From: Spirochaetia bacterium
GTDB lineage: Bacteria > Spirochaetota > Spirochaetia > DSM-16054 > Sediminispirochaetaceae
Reading direction: 5' to 3'
Length of the DNA stretch: 64,000 nucleotides
NCBI GenBank assembly: GCA_034520965.1
Contig: JAXHMY010000002.1
Location: 547,714-611,713 of the forward strand
The notes under the pieces were generated by a model, which was given only the letters and a program-made list of their open reading frames with translations, made no database searches and was not told where the DNA came from. Below are positions 51,100-61,639 of the stretch, piece after piece. Position numbers and translations under genes: made by a program. Each line of letters opens with the position of its first letter. Within the stretch, counting starts at the first letter, position 1.

Positions 51100-52614
51100 A
51101 TGTCAAAAATAATCAAGCAAGAAAAAAAACGATCCTTCGTAACTGCTCCCACCGCCGCACTACTGTCGCTCATTCTGCCGGGTTTAGGACAGATACTGGC
51201 CCGCCGGGTGCAGCGTGGGCTGCTGATGTTCGGGGCTCTGGCCAGCATTATCGGTTTACTGGTGTGGCGAATCACCCTTTTAGGAAGGCTGGCCGACGGA
51301 TTCTGGCCGAGCCTGTTCAAGTCCCTCGACCGGGCTCCCATGTTTGTCGGTTTCGGACTGTTGGCAATTGCCGGGCTCTGGCTCTGGATTGTAATCGATG
51401 CGGCCAAACAAACTAATCCGGACAAACAGTTCGGAAACTCAATTTTTGTACTGATTCTAGTGGTCTTTTTTACCATAGGCTGGCAAATAAGCGAAATCGA
51501 CCTTGTCAAACTGACCAGCGATGCGAATGAGGCCTGGGTGCCGCTGTCTAAAATTCTCTGGCCCTGGGAGGCGGCGGTTACCCATGACACCGACACAGTG
51601 GAAGCCGGTGCGAAGGTTCTGGTCGATTCGGAGGGCTCGGCTCCGCCGGTACCCGAAAAAACTGAAGGCGAAACCTATTTGCGGGTCAGTCCGCGAAAGG
51701 GAGAGCTTTCAAAACTCGATGAGGATAATCAGGTAATTCCCGGTACAGTTATTACGGTGTACGGAGAAAATTTCGAACCAAATACGCGCACTCAAATCTG
51801 GTGGAGTGATTCTATTGGTAACGAGTTCAGACCCCGCTATCAGGGCGAATACGTAAGTGTGATGACCGACAGCGAGGGATCCTTCGAAAAAGAGATGATA
51901 ATGCCCTACAGGCTTATCCCTCCCAGTGCGAGGGGGCAGCAGATACACCAGGTAATGGCCCGACAGGTAAGCCAAGTCGGCCCTCCCCTGCCCAGTCAGC
52001 CCTTGATCCTTACTATCGAATTGATAATCGAGACCATTTTTATGGGGATGATGGCCACCATGTTTGGTATCATTTTTTCAGTACCCATAAGCTTTCTGGC
52101 CGCACGAAATCTGATGTCGACCTCCTGGATCACCCTGACCATATATTACCTTACCCGTACGGTACTGAATATCGTCCGTGCAATCGAACCGCTCATCTGG
52201 GCTCTCATCGCGGTTGTGTGGGTGGGACTTGGGCCGTTTGCCGGTATTGTGGCACTGACAATCCACTCAATTGCAGCCCTCGGGAAGCTCTATTCAGAGG
52301 CTATTGAGGGTATTAACCCCGGTCCGATTGAAGCAATACAGGCCACGGGAGCTAATAAACTGCAGACTATCATGTATGCAGTGGTACCCCAAATGATTCC
52401 GCCCTTTGTCTCCTTTACCATCTATCGCTGGGACATTAATGTCCGTATGTCGACAGTTATCGGTATGGTCGGCGGAGGCGGTATCGGATTCTTGCTGGTT
52501 CAGTATATACGCCTGCTCGAGTACAAGTCGGCGGGAATTGCGGTGTGGTTCATCGCGCTCACCGTTGCAATACTCGATTATGTGAGCGCTGAGATTCGAC
52601 AGAAATTTGTGTAG
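51100..52614 (+). CDS. phnE: Phosphonate-type ABC permease with extra N-terminal TMs and a soluble insert
   Basis: C-terminal FLAARNL, GLGPFAG, GKLYSEAIE, YRWDINVRMSTVIG.VGGGGIG. Confidence 0.9.
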   Translation: MSKIIKQEKKRSFVTAPTAALLSLILPGLGQILARRVQRGLLMFGALASIIGLLVWRITLLGRLADGFWPSLFKSLDRAPMFVGFGLLAIAGLWLWIVIDAAKQTNPDKQFGNSIFVLILVVFFTIGWQISEIDLVKLTSDANEAWVPLSKILWPWEAAVTHDTDTVEAGAKVLVDSEGSAPPVPEKTEGETYLRVSPRKGELSKLDEDNQVIPGTVITVYGENFEPNTRTQIWWSDSIGNEFRPRYQGEYVSVMTDSEGSFEKEMIMPYRLIPPSARGQQIHQVMARQVSQVGPPLPSQPLILTIELIIETIFMGMMATMFGIIFSVPISFLAARNLMSTSWITLTIYYLTRTVLNIVRAIEPLIWALIAVVWVGLGPFAGIVALTIHSIAALGKLYSEAIEGINPGPIEAIQATGANKLQTIMYAVVPQMIPPFVSFTIYRWDINVRMSTVIGMVGGGGIGFLLVQYIRLLEYKSAGIAVWFIALTVAILDYVSAEIRQKFV

Positions 52615-52627
52615 TTAGGGGCGGAAC

Positions 52628-53371
52628 ATGGAGACAATAGAAGTACTTTTTCTGCTGGCCCGTCCCGGGGCCGGCAAAAGCGAGATTATAGATTACCTGA
52701 AGCAGACGGATCCGGAGAAGCGGCCGCAGCACATGCGGCTGGCTTCCGACCTTCAGGTTATAGACGACTTTCCCATGCTCTGGACCTGGTTCGAAGAGGA
52801 CGCTATTTTAGAGGAAATGGGAAAACCGCGGCTGCATACCGATGACCAGGGAAATTTTGCCGCCCCCCATCTGTGGAATCTGTTGATCCGTCGGATATGC
52901 CTGGACTACCGCAAGGCGGTCCGTGACCGTACGCCCAGTTCCACTACCTTCTCGGCTCCCTTCTCGGCGGTGATTGAGTTTTCCAGGGGAAAAGAACACG
53001 GGGGCTACCGGGAGGCGTTTAAGCATGTTGACCGGGAGATACTATCCAAAGCAGCAATTCTGTATGTAGATGTGTCGTTTAAAGAGTCGCTTCGGAAAAA
53101 CCGCACACGCTTCAATCCGGACAAGCCCGACAGCATTTTGGAGCACGGCCTCTCGGATGAGAAACTTACATCGCTGTACAAAGAGATCGACTGGGAGGAG
53201 TTCCGTGGTCCCGCCGATTCCCAGTATATACCAATTCAGGGAATTCAGGTTCCCTATGTGGTATTTGATAATGAAGATGATGTTACTACCAACCGTGGTC
53301 CGGAGCTCGGATCACGGCTGGAACAGGCTCTCCACAGCCTGCACGAGAGGTACCGGCTAAGAGATAAATAG
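52628..53371 (+). CDS. Uncharacterised P-loop (nucleotide-kinase-like) protein
   Basis: LLARPGAGKSE Walker A-like motif at the N-terminus; IEFSRG; ILYVDVS..ES.RKN..R lid-like motif. Confidence 0.7.
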   Translation: METIEVLFLLARPGAGKSEIIDYLKQTDPEKRPQHMRLASDLQVIDDFPMLWTWFEEDAILEEMGKPRLHTDDQGNFAAPHLWNLLIRRICLDYRKAVRDRTPSSTTFSAPFSAVIEFSRGKEHGGYREAFKHVDREILSKAAILYVDVSFKESLRKNRTRFNPDKPDSILEHGLSDEKLTSLYKEIDWEEFRGPADSQYIPIQGIQVPYVVFDNEDDVTTNRGPELGSRLEQALHSLHERYRLRDK

Positions 53372-53372
53372 T

Positions 53373-54355
53373 TTATTCAATGCCCACCAGAGATTTTACG
53401 TACTGGGAACGCTCATAGGCCTCGGGATGTTCAAGTGATTCCTGGCTCATTTTTCCTCGAAAATCGGCCAGGGAATCAAAGCCCTTACGTTCCATCCACT
53501 GTTCTATTTCTTTCAAATACGTATCGATGATTTCGATGCCGTTTTTCATTAAGGCTGAACACATTTCTACCGCATGCGCCCCTGCTAACACTTGTTTTAT
53601 GATGTCGGCACTTGAGTGAATACCAGTAGTCGCAGCGAGGTCGGCGTTTACTTTACCGGCTAAAATTGCAATCCACTGCAGGGTAAAACTCATCTCTTCC
53701 GGAACACTATATATATGAGCTGCCTGGAGCTTAAAACTTTCAATATCTATATCCGGTTTATAAAACCGGTTGAACAAAACTAGACCGTCGGCTCCTTCTT
53801 TGCCAAAGCGGTGCATAGAGTGGGCCATACCCGAAAACTGACTCCCGAGCTTAAGAGCCACCGGAATATGAACCTTCTTCTTAACCTTCTTGAGAATATC
53901 AATATATTTATCTTCAATGACTTTACCCGTAGTATTTTTATCGGCGGGAATAATAAATACGTTCAACTCCAGTGCATCGGCGCCCATCTTTTCAAACCGC
54001 TCGGCATACTCAATCCAGTTCCCGTCGGAAATACAGTTTACACTGGCAATTACCGGGATGGAAAGTTTCTGTTTGGCCTGCTCTACCAGGTCGAGGTATT
54101 TATTCAAATGATAGTCCCGACTGGACTGCTGAAAGTAATCGTAGGCATCGGTATGGGCATCGAAGTTGAGCTCTCCGATCATTCGATCGGATTCTATTTT
54201 GATCTGCTCCTCAAACAAAGATTTTAAGACCACTGCACCTGCACCGGCGGCCTCACACTTCTTTAATTTATCTATGTCAAATGTAAGATGCGAGCTCGCA
54301 ACAATAATTGGGTTTTTAAGCTCTATCCCATAAAAGTCGTTGATAAATCACTCAT
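53373..54355 (-). CDS. Dihydroorotate dehydrogenase-like flavoprotein (5' frameshifts)
   Basis: Start MSDLSTTFMG~ELKNPII at 54355; VLKSLFEEQI, PVIASVN, ADALELN, PVALKL, GLVLFNRFY.PDID. Confidence 0.88.
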
Positions 54356-54449
54356 CTGCTGTTCCTCCTTCCCTAATTACTCCCCTATTGTAGTGAGAAT
54401 ATCCTTTGGTGACAAGCTTCGCATAAAACTGAACACAAAATGTGAGAGA

Positions 54450-55568
54450 CTAGGTTCGCTTGTAAAACGGAGTTTTGACTAGTTTTGCCCGTTTCCGCTT
54501 TTTGTTCATTTCAATTTGGATTTCATCGCCAATTTTCAGGTTGATACCGCGTTTGATCAGTACCAGACCACAGAATTTGTCCAGCATAATCGATTTAGAA
54601 CCGCTGGTTACATATCCTATTTCATCGCCCTCGGTGGAAAACACCTTGTAGTGTTCTCGTGGTACGCCACGGTCAATCATTTCGCATCCCCGGAGTGAGC
54701 GAGGAACGCCGGCTTCCTTTTGCTTTACCAATGCTTCCTTACCACAGAAATCTTCAGCTTCAAGTTTAACAAAAGCCGATAAGTTGGCTTCAAGGGGTGT
54801 AATATCTTGGGTAAGCTCATGCCCATACAACGGCAGCTTTGATTCAAACCTCAAGGTATCCCGTGCTCCTAAGCCACAGGGCAGCACGCCCCGATCCTTT
54901 GTGTGATCAAGTACAGTATTCCACACTTTTGCAGCTGCAGAGCTGTCGCAGTATATTTCAAAGCCATCCTCACCGGTGTAACCGGTCCGGCTGACAATAC
55001 AGCTTTGGCCTCCGATTTCAATTGAATCCTTAAAGCGAAAAAACTTGATTTCATCTACCACCGGACCCACAATTTCGCGCAGATAGTCATTGGCCTTCGG
55101 CCCCTGTAAGGCAATCTGTGCGTAGTCGGCAGACACGTTCTTGATGGTCGGTGCATCGTTGCGGTTTTTGATCCATTCGTTTTCTTCAGTGATCCACTTA
55201 AAATCTTTATCGGTATTGGCAGCATTCACCACCAGCAAATATGAAGTGGGAGAATAACGGTAGATCATTAGATCGTCCACTACCCCTCCGTGGGGATAGC
55301 ACATGGGACTGTATAGACACTGGTAGTCATCCATTGTTTTTACATCATTGGTCACCAGCCAGTTGACAAACTCTTCACTGTTCGGCCCCTCAAGGGTGAT
55401 CTCGCCCATATGTGAAACATCGAACAGTCCTGCATTCTTACGCACTGCAAGATGTTCGTCGATAATACCGTTCTCAAAGTTTACGGGCAGTTCCCATCCT
55501 CCAAAATCGATGAGCTTTACCCCTTTGTAATCCTTGTAGACATCATACAAAGGTGTTTTTTTTAACAT
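54450..55568 (-). CDS. gcvT: Glycine cleavage system aminomethyltransferase T
   Basis: KTPLY, FGGWELPV, GLFDVSHMGE, VVNAAN, SRTGYTGEDGFE, GLGARDTLRFE. Confidence 0.96.
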   Translation of the reverse strand: MLKKTPLYDVYKDYKGVKLIDFGGWELPVNFENGIIDEHLAVRKNAGLFDVSHMGEITLEGPNSEEFVNWLVTNDVKTMDDYQCLYSPMCYPHGGVVDDLMIYRYSPTSYLLVVNAANTDKDFKWITEENEWIKNRNDAPTIKNVSADYAQIALQGPKANDYLREIVGPVVDEIKFFRFKDSIEIGGQSCIVSRTGYTGEDGFEIYCDSSAAAKVWNTVLDHTKDRGVLPCGLGARDTLRFESKLPLYGHELTQDITPLEANLSAFVKLEAEDFCGKEALVKQKEAGVPRSLRGCEMIDRGVPREHYKVFSTEGDEIGYVTSGSKSIMLDKFCGLVLIKRGINLKIGDEIQIEMNKKRKRAKLVKTPFYKRT

Positions 55569-55579
55569 GGTCTCTCCTC

Positions 55580-56029
55580 CTATAAAATATAGGGAACCCG
55601 AAGGTTATACCCCTGGTATACAACGAAAGTTTCGACCTCTTGTATCTCACTGATCCGGGACAGCTCTTCCGTAAAAAATTCCAGCAGCCCAAAGCCCTCG
55701 TTCTCGTTAAGCAAAACCTGTACGATCAAATCGTAGCGGCCGGTCACCACGCTTACTGAAACCACTCCGCGGAGGTTGTTAAATTCCTTCCCCATACGAA
55801 CCAGTTCCACTGTGGATAGTTTTACTCCAATGATGATCATGCGATGGCCCGGCAATGATTCCGGATCAACAAGCCCGGAAATTTCAAGAATTCCCTCTTC
55901 AAGCAGCTTATTGACCCGAGACCGAACGGTGTTCTCCGTGATAGAGAGGGCCTCAGCAATTGTGCTGAAAGACTTACGTCCATCACGAAGATGCTTTATT
56001 ATTTCTATATTTGTTTCATCTATTTTCAT
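55580..56029 (-). CDS. Lrp/AsnC-family transcriptional regulator
   Basis: DGRKSFSTIAEAL.ITE.TVRSRV..L HTH; VTGRYDL. Confidence 0.92.
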   Translation of the reverse strand: MKIDETNIEIIKHLRDGRKSFSTIAEALSITENTVRSRVNKLLEEGILEISGLVDPESLPGHRMIIIGVKLSTVELVRMGKEFNNLRGVVSVSVVTGRYDLIVQVLLNENEGFGLLEFFTEELSRISEIQEVETFVVYQGYNLRVPYIL

Positions 56030-56051
56030 AAATTAATATATATAGTTTACA

Positions 56052-57137
56052 CTAAGCTTGCTGTTTTGCAAAGGACTTCATAAACTCAACCAGCGCTTCG
56101 ACGTCTTTTGGCGGTACACTGTTGTAAATAGAAGCTCTACAGCCGCCGATATCCCGGTGCCCCTTGAGCCCGAGCATTCCACGAGCTTCAGCCTCTTTAA
56201 TAAACTTAGCTTCCAACTCTTCACTGGGAAGCCGGAATACCACATTCATGGTTGAACGGTAGTTAGAGTCGACCGGACAGCGATAAAATCCGTCGCTCTC
56301 TTCAATGGCATTGTAGAGGAGCTGAGATTTCTTAGCCGCACGTTCGGCCATGGCTTCGGCACCGCCGTGCTTCTTAATCCACTTCAATACCAGGTTAATA
56401 CCCCAAATTGTGAAAACAGGAGGCGTGTTGTAAAGCGAATTTTTCTCGGCATGGGTCTTATAGCTCAAATAGGCAGTCAAATCGGAGGGCGAATTTTTCC
56501 ATATATCATCGCGGATTATTACGATGGAGGCTCCCGCGGGACCGAGGTTTTTCTGAGCACCCGCATAAATCATGGCAAACTTCTCTACTGGTACCGGCCG
56601 GCTCAGAATGTCGCTGGACATGTCGGCTACCAGAGGAGTATCTCCGGTCGAAGGCCACTCTTTCCACTGCAAACCGCCGATAGTTTCGTTGGAGGTAATA
56701 TGAACATATGCCGAATCAGCAGAAGGCTTAACCTCTGATGCCTTCGGGAGGCTGCTGTAGTTTGAATCTTTCCCGTCAAACAGGACATTCACTTTTCCGA
56801 TTTTCTTGGCGTCCTTGACTGCCTTACCACCCCAGGCACCACTGTTTACATAGTCGGCGGTTTTACCGGCGGAAAGCATGTTCATTGGTACCATAGAGAA
56901 CTGCAGGGTTGCACCACCACCTAAGAAAAGTACAGAATAACCTTCCGGAATACCCAACAGTTCCTTCAGGAGATCTACAGTTTCATTGTGCAGTTGATCG
57001 TATACCTTCCCACGGTGACTTGCTTCTACAATCGAATAGCCCTCACCATGATAATCCGCAATATTATTTTTCAACTCCTCGAGTACCTCTATCGGGAGAG
57101 TCGAGGGACCCGCATAAAAATTCATTTTTCTACTCAT
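56052..57137 (-). CDS. serC: Phosphoserine aminotransferase
   Basis: NFYAGPS, SHR, GGGATLQF, NETIGG, DMSSD, YAGAQKNLGPAG, NTPP, GHR..GG.RASIYN. Confidence 0.96.
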   Translation of the reverse strand: MSRKMNFYAGPSTLPIEVLEELKNNIADYHGEGYSIVEASHRGKVYDQLHNETVDLLKELLGIPEGYSVLFLGGGATLQFSMVPMNMLSAGKTADYVNSGAWGGKAVKDAKKIGKVNVLFDGKDSNYSSLPKASEVKPSADSAYVHITSNETIGGLQWKEWPSTGDTPLVADMSSDILSRPVPVEKFAMIYAGAQKNLGPAGASIVIIRDDIWKNSPSDLTAYLSYKTHAEKNSLYNTPPVFTIWGINLVLKWIKKHGGAEAMAERAAKKSQLLYNAIEESDGFYRCPVDSNYRSTMNVVFRLPSEELEAKFIKEAEARGMLGLKGHRDIGGCRASIYNSVPPKDVEALVEFMKSFAKQQA

Positions 57138-58021
57138 ATTATTCCTCCGTCAACAGCTTCTTTTATTATGCTATAGGCTTCATCGCCAATTCGCAGCAGG
57201 TTTTCTACAGTGCTTGCTCCAATGTGGGGCGTCGTCAGTGTATTAGGGGCGTTCAAAATAGGGTCGTCGCTCGCCGGCGGATCGCTCGGCCACACATCGG
57301 TGGCGAAAAAACTGACAATACCGCTTTCGAGGGCGGCCTTAATATCGTGGACATCCACAGTAGGCCCTCGGCCGGTGTTTATAATAACCGGTTTTTTATT
57401 AAAAGCTGAAAAAAGATCCGCATTGATGAGGCGCTCTGTACTCTGATTGAGCGGCAGGTGCAGGGAAATATAGTCGGCGTCCTTAACCGCCTCTTTCAGG
57501 GACGGTTTCATCTCGGCCCATTCACTTTCACTTACAAACTTATCATACGCCACAACCTTCATACCAAAGGCGGCAGCTCGCTTGGCTACTTCAGTAGCAA
57601 TATTACCGATTCCAACCAGACAGAGAGTTTTTCCGTACAACTCGGTACGTTTTAGCTTCTTTTTCAGCCATTCACCCTTCTGCATACTGTTATGCCCAGC
57701 CACAATATGGTTTGGAATACTCAACATCAATGCAAAGGCAAGTTCCGCGACCGCAATGGCTGGGGACTTCGGGGTGTTCCGCACTTGTATGCCCTTACTT
57801 TCAGCATACTCCTTGTCGATATTATCGATCCCCACTCCACCGCGAATAATAAGTTTAAGTTTGGGGGCGGAATCAATATATTCACGGGTACATTTGGTTT
57901 TGCTGCGCACAAGCACAACATCGGCTTCAGATAAACGCTCGGTATCTGTTGTTACTTCGCCAAAGGTTTTTAATTTATCAGGTAGTGATGAATCAAAGGC
58001 ATCGGATATAAGAATCAGCAT
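57134..58021 (-). CDS. serA: D-3-phosphoglycerate dehydrogenase-like 2-hydroxyacid dehydrogenase (short form, no ACT domain)
   Basis: RGGVGIDNID, AVAELA, ELYGKTL, GIGNIA, SLHLPL, INTGRG, TPHIGAST; overlaps serC. Confidence 0.8.
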   Translation of the reverse strand: MLILISDAFDSSLPDKLKTFGEVTTDTERLSEADVVLVRSKTKCTREYIDSAPKLKLIIRGGVGIDNIDKEYAESKGIQVRNTPKSPAIAVAELAFALMLSIPNHIVAGHNSMQKGEWLKKKLKRTELYGKTLCLVGIGNIATEVAKRAAAFGMKVVAYDKFVSESEWAEMKPSLKEAVKDADYISLHLPLNQSTERLINADLFSAFNKKPVIINTGRGPTVDVHDIKAALESGIVSFFATDVWPSDPPASDDPILNAPNTLTTPHIGASTVENLLRIGDEAYSIIKEAVDGGII

Positions 58022-58048
58022 AGAGCCTCCTTGTAAATTTGTATTTTA

Positions 58049-58077
58049 ATCCTACTCTATCCTATTGAATGTGTCAA
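58049..58077 (-). promoter_or_regulatory. Sigma70-type promoter of the serA-serC-lrp-gcvT operon
   Basis: TTGACA-17 bp-TAGGAT, followed by RBS AAGGAGG. Confidence 0.65.
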
Positions 58078-58191
58078 ACAAGAATTGCATTATTTATGTT
58101 TTCGGTAATATTTTATTATATATATTTGTTTTTACGTAAATACAACAAGCTGCAACAGGAGCTGTCAGCGAGTTAAAAGCCCTCATTAATT

Positions 58192-58231
58192 AAAAAAGGA
58201 GTGCTTGAGATAAAGATCTCAGCACCCCTTT
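58192..58231 (-). terminator. Rho-independent terminator after rpsU
   Basis: Minus strand GGGGTGCTGAGAT-CTTT-ATCTCAAGCACTCC followed by TTTTTT. Confidence 0.8.
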
Positions 58232-58257
58232 ATGCCACTATTGTGTTACAGTTGCAA

Positions 58258-58467
58258 TTAGTAGTTTTTCATTGACTGCAGTTTGCGCTGTTTTTTCATC
58301 TGCTTGCGCTCGAGAGCCTTTCGTTTGCGGTTCTTGATAGTTGAAGGTTTCTCAAAGTACTCGCGTTTTTTCCATTCACGAATTATACCCTCTTTCTCAA
58401 CTATTCTTTTAAAACGTTTGAGCGCTTTTTCCAGCGGTTCGGTCTCATCTACTCTAATATAGGCGAT
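58258..58467 (-). CDS. rpsU: 30S ribosomal protein S21 (start codon uncertain: ATC 58467, ATG 58473 or GTG 58476)
   Basis: [32 protein letters not shown]. Confidence 0.96.
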   Translation of the reverse strand: MAYIRVDETEPLEKALKRFKRIVEKEGIIREWKKREYFEKPSTIKNRKRKALERKQMKKQRKLQSMKNY

Positions 58468-58515
58468 TATCATCACCCCCTTCCATTTTCTTTTACGGCC
58501 CCTAGGACCGTGCAT

Positions 58516-58544
58516 ATTGTGGCAGTTTAATCATTTTCTGTCAA
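58516..58544 (-). promoter_or_regulatory. Sigma70-type promoter of rpsU
   Basis: TTGACA-17 bp-CACAAT with TG extension. Confidence 0.6.
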
Positions 58545-58560
58545 CAGATCGCAGCGATTC

Positions 58561-59517
58561 TCATTTCGGAAGAAAAGGAGAATTACTGAGCATAGCAGGG
58601 TCTACTGCAACTCCATTTACCCTTACCTCATAGTGCAGATGTGGTCCGGTAGCCAGGCCGGTCATACCTACTGTTCCTATCTGTTGGCCGGCCTGTACCC
58701 TATTTCCACGCTCTACATCTAAACTATCAAGATGGAAATAGACGGAGTACACTGCTGGAAGGTGCTCGATGACCACGCTGTATCCGGAAATTATCCGGTC
58801 GGCTGCTAAAACGACCAATCCCGCTTCTGCTGCCAGCACGGGTGTACCGATTGGTGCAGCCAAATCAATGCCGCTGTGGATGGACCGGGCAGTGCTCTCA
58901 TCTGAATAGGAATAAATGCGGCGGTCCCCATACTCCGAGGTAACCCGGTAGCTCCCGGATTCCTTTGAGGGAAGGGGAAATTTTAAGCTCATACTGCCGA
59001 GAGCTTCCTGAGGATTGAACGATGCATAAATCTCCTGAATTTTAATGGACTCTTGGTATTTCTTGGGGTCATTGGAGCTGCGCAGTTCAGTCAGGGAATA
59101 GTTTAAGGGAATAGTCTCACGACGAAAGCTCCTACCGGCAATCTCTATCTCCCGCTCTTCCAACAATTCTCCTTCCCGAGTAAAAAAAGACAAGCCATAG
59201 ATGCCTTTGCTAATGGTAGAGGAGAGAGGCACCAGTACTCGCTGCAGACTTCTTTCGCTACTATCGGGGGCGGATTTATTCTGCACCGCAAAGCTCTGGA
59301 ACCGTCCAATTTCCCCGCCCTCTGGTGAAAACATCGCTACCACATGCAGCCTCTCTCCTCCGCCGTTATGGTCCAGCGCAAGCACCTCTCCCGGTTGGGC
59401 CTGCAGCGGATCACCGCCGGCGGCAGCACCGCTGAGCATCAGAAAAAGGCAAACGGCTGCTGCAAAATTACTCTTAAAGACACTATACACTGAGTGAGAA
59501 ATGATCGATCTGTACAT
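58561..59517 (-). CDS. M23-family metallopeptidase
   Basis: HSGID (HxxxD), YFHL, TGPHLHYE (HxH); signal peptide. Confidence 0.93.
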   Translation of the reverse strand: MYRSIISHSVYSVFKSNFAAAVCLFLMLSGAAAGGDPLQAQPGEVLALDHNGGGERLHVVAMFSPEGGEIGRFQSFAVQNKSAPDSSERSLQRVLVPLSSTISKGIYGLSFFTREGELLEEREIEIAGRSFRRETIPLNYSLTELRSSNDPKKYQESIKIQEIYASFNPQEALGSMSLKFPLPSKESGSYRVTSEYGDRRIYSYSDESTARSIHSGIDLAAPIGTPVLAAEAGLVVLAADRIISGYSVVIEHLPAVYSVYFHLDSLDVERGNRVQAGQQIGTVGMTGLATGPHLHYEVRVNGVAVDPAMLSNSPFLPK

Positions 59518-59520
59518 TGT

Positions 59521-61629
59521 TTAGGCTCTTTTTATATCCAGGATAGTTAACTGGGATGTTTCGGTATTTTGAAAGTAGTTTCGACCTAGCCGAAAAACTA
59601 CATCAACTGTATCACCCAGGGCGAAATCACGGTTTACCCGCTCAGCGGCTCTCCAGAAAATTGCCGGCCACTTGTACCCGCCGGAATCCAGAAGCAGTTT
59701 TGCATGCTGCTGATCCCCCTTCCCAACCAGGTCGACATTCGCAATTTTTAAGCTTCGCGTCAGAAAGATTATTGGTGGACTATCTTCGCCATAAGGCTCG
59801 AACTGTTCTACCAATTTGTGCAAATCCGGGTTCAGATAATGTGCCGGCAGTTCAGCATCGATTTCAAGTACTTCCTCCCCCTGGTCTTGGGGCTTCAGTT
59901 TTGCAACGGCACTACTAAAGCGTTGTTGAAACTCATCAAAGTGTTCGTAATTTAGGCTGAAGCCGGCGGCATAGTCGTGGCCTCCATAATCCAGAAAAAT
60001 ATCCTCAAAGTTCTGTAGAAAACCCTTTAGATGAAACCCTTTCACACTCCGCATTGAGCCGACAAGATGACTCTGAAGATCGGCCACAACCGTTGCGGGA
60101 ACTCCAAAAAATTGCACCAGCCTCGCCGCCAGTATACCGGTTATTCCACGGTGAATTGATTGATCCTTTACCAGTACCATCCGGCCATTGAGGTCATCGT
60201 AACTACGCTGTGCTTTAGGTAAAACCTTTTTCCAAGCGGCATCTCCCAGCTTTTTGCGCTCCCGGTTTAGACCTACAACCTCTTCAGCCAGAGCTTGCCG
60301 AGTAGCCGCATCCTCGGTAATTAGCAGTTCCGCCGCCTTATTCGGCACTCCCAGACGTCCGGTGGCATTGATAACCGGAGAAATCTGCCACCCCACATCG
60401 GTGGTACTCAAACGTTTGCCTAACAAGCGCTGCTGCAGCAGCAGCTGATGGATTCCAGACCGTTCAACCGAGTTTAACTGCTGCATTCCGCGCCTGACCA
60501 GCAGGCGGTTCTCGCCATGCAGGGGCATGAGATCCGCCAAAGTACCCAGCGCCACCAAATCCAAGTGCTTATCAAAATCAGTTGATAAAGCCGGATAACG
60601 CCGCAGCACATAAGAATGAAACAAACTGAGAAAGACATCTATTTCACTGACCATACCGGCGGCATACCGGTTGGAACGGCTGCGGTCCCCAATTTTTAGC
60701 AAGCTCATATTCTGCAGTTTCGGAATTTGCTTCCATATTTCCGGAGCTACATCCAGAACATTTATATCAACCTGCGGGCCAAAATGCTGCAGCAGCAGGC
60801 GCTGCTGCTGTTCGTTATACACCAATATCTGGGTATTCAGTAAAAAGAGGCCAATCGAGTTTGGTCGGGTCGAACTATTCCCGGCACTAGATCTCTGAAA
60901 GTCGGTCTGTCTCTACCAAATTACAGATTTTCACCGCCTCTAAGATAACCGTATCATTTCCAGGACGGGCGTGCAGCAGAACCAGCTCCTCTTTGTACAT
61001 TTCGGTTTGGCTGAACTCGAGTGCCCAGATTAATTTTGCTACCACTCCGCATCCGGCTAAGTCACGGAAGGGGTAGCCGGATTCGGAGATCTTCGGATCA
61101 ATAATCGCCACGGCCGGTGGAAGTTCTTCCTGCGGGTTGTGATGGTCGATAACAAGGGTATCAACACCCAGTTCAGCAGCTCGGGTAATTTCTGCTACAT
61201 TCGAAATGCCGCAATCCACGGTAATCAGCAACTCGCCCTCTGCTGCTGCGAACTCCTCGACCACTTCAAGGGTTAAGCCGTAGGGGTCGTTACCGAGTGG
61301 AAGGGCCCATTCCGCTTCAATCCCAAGTTTTTGAAGCGCTTCTTTGAGCAGTACAGTTGAGGTTATTCCATCCACATCGCGGTCGCCAAAAATTTTTACC
61401 CTTTCCCCTCCTTCGCTGCCTGGAGGATACGGTCGACGGCATCCTCCATCTCGGTAAACAGGAAGGGATTATGGGTGAACATAAGGTCATTTTCCAGATA
61501 GAACTTAATCTGTTCCGGGTCGGTCACGCCTCGACGAACCATAATTGCCGCCATAAGCAGCTCTAGATCGTACTTTTCAGAAATTGCACGAACAATATCT
61601 TTTTCAATATCTGCTTTATTCCACTTCAT
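59521..61629 (-). CDS. recJ: Single-stranded-DNA exonuclease RecJ (two frameshifts)
   Basis: GDRDVDG, ITVDCGI, IDHH, LAGCGV, LVALGTLADL, P.INATGRL, GSMRS, GGH..AAGF. Confidence 0.94.
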
Positions 61630-61639
61630 AGCATTCCTT

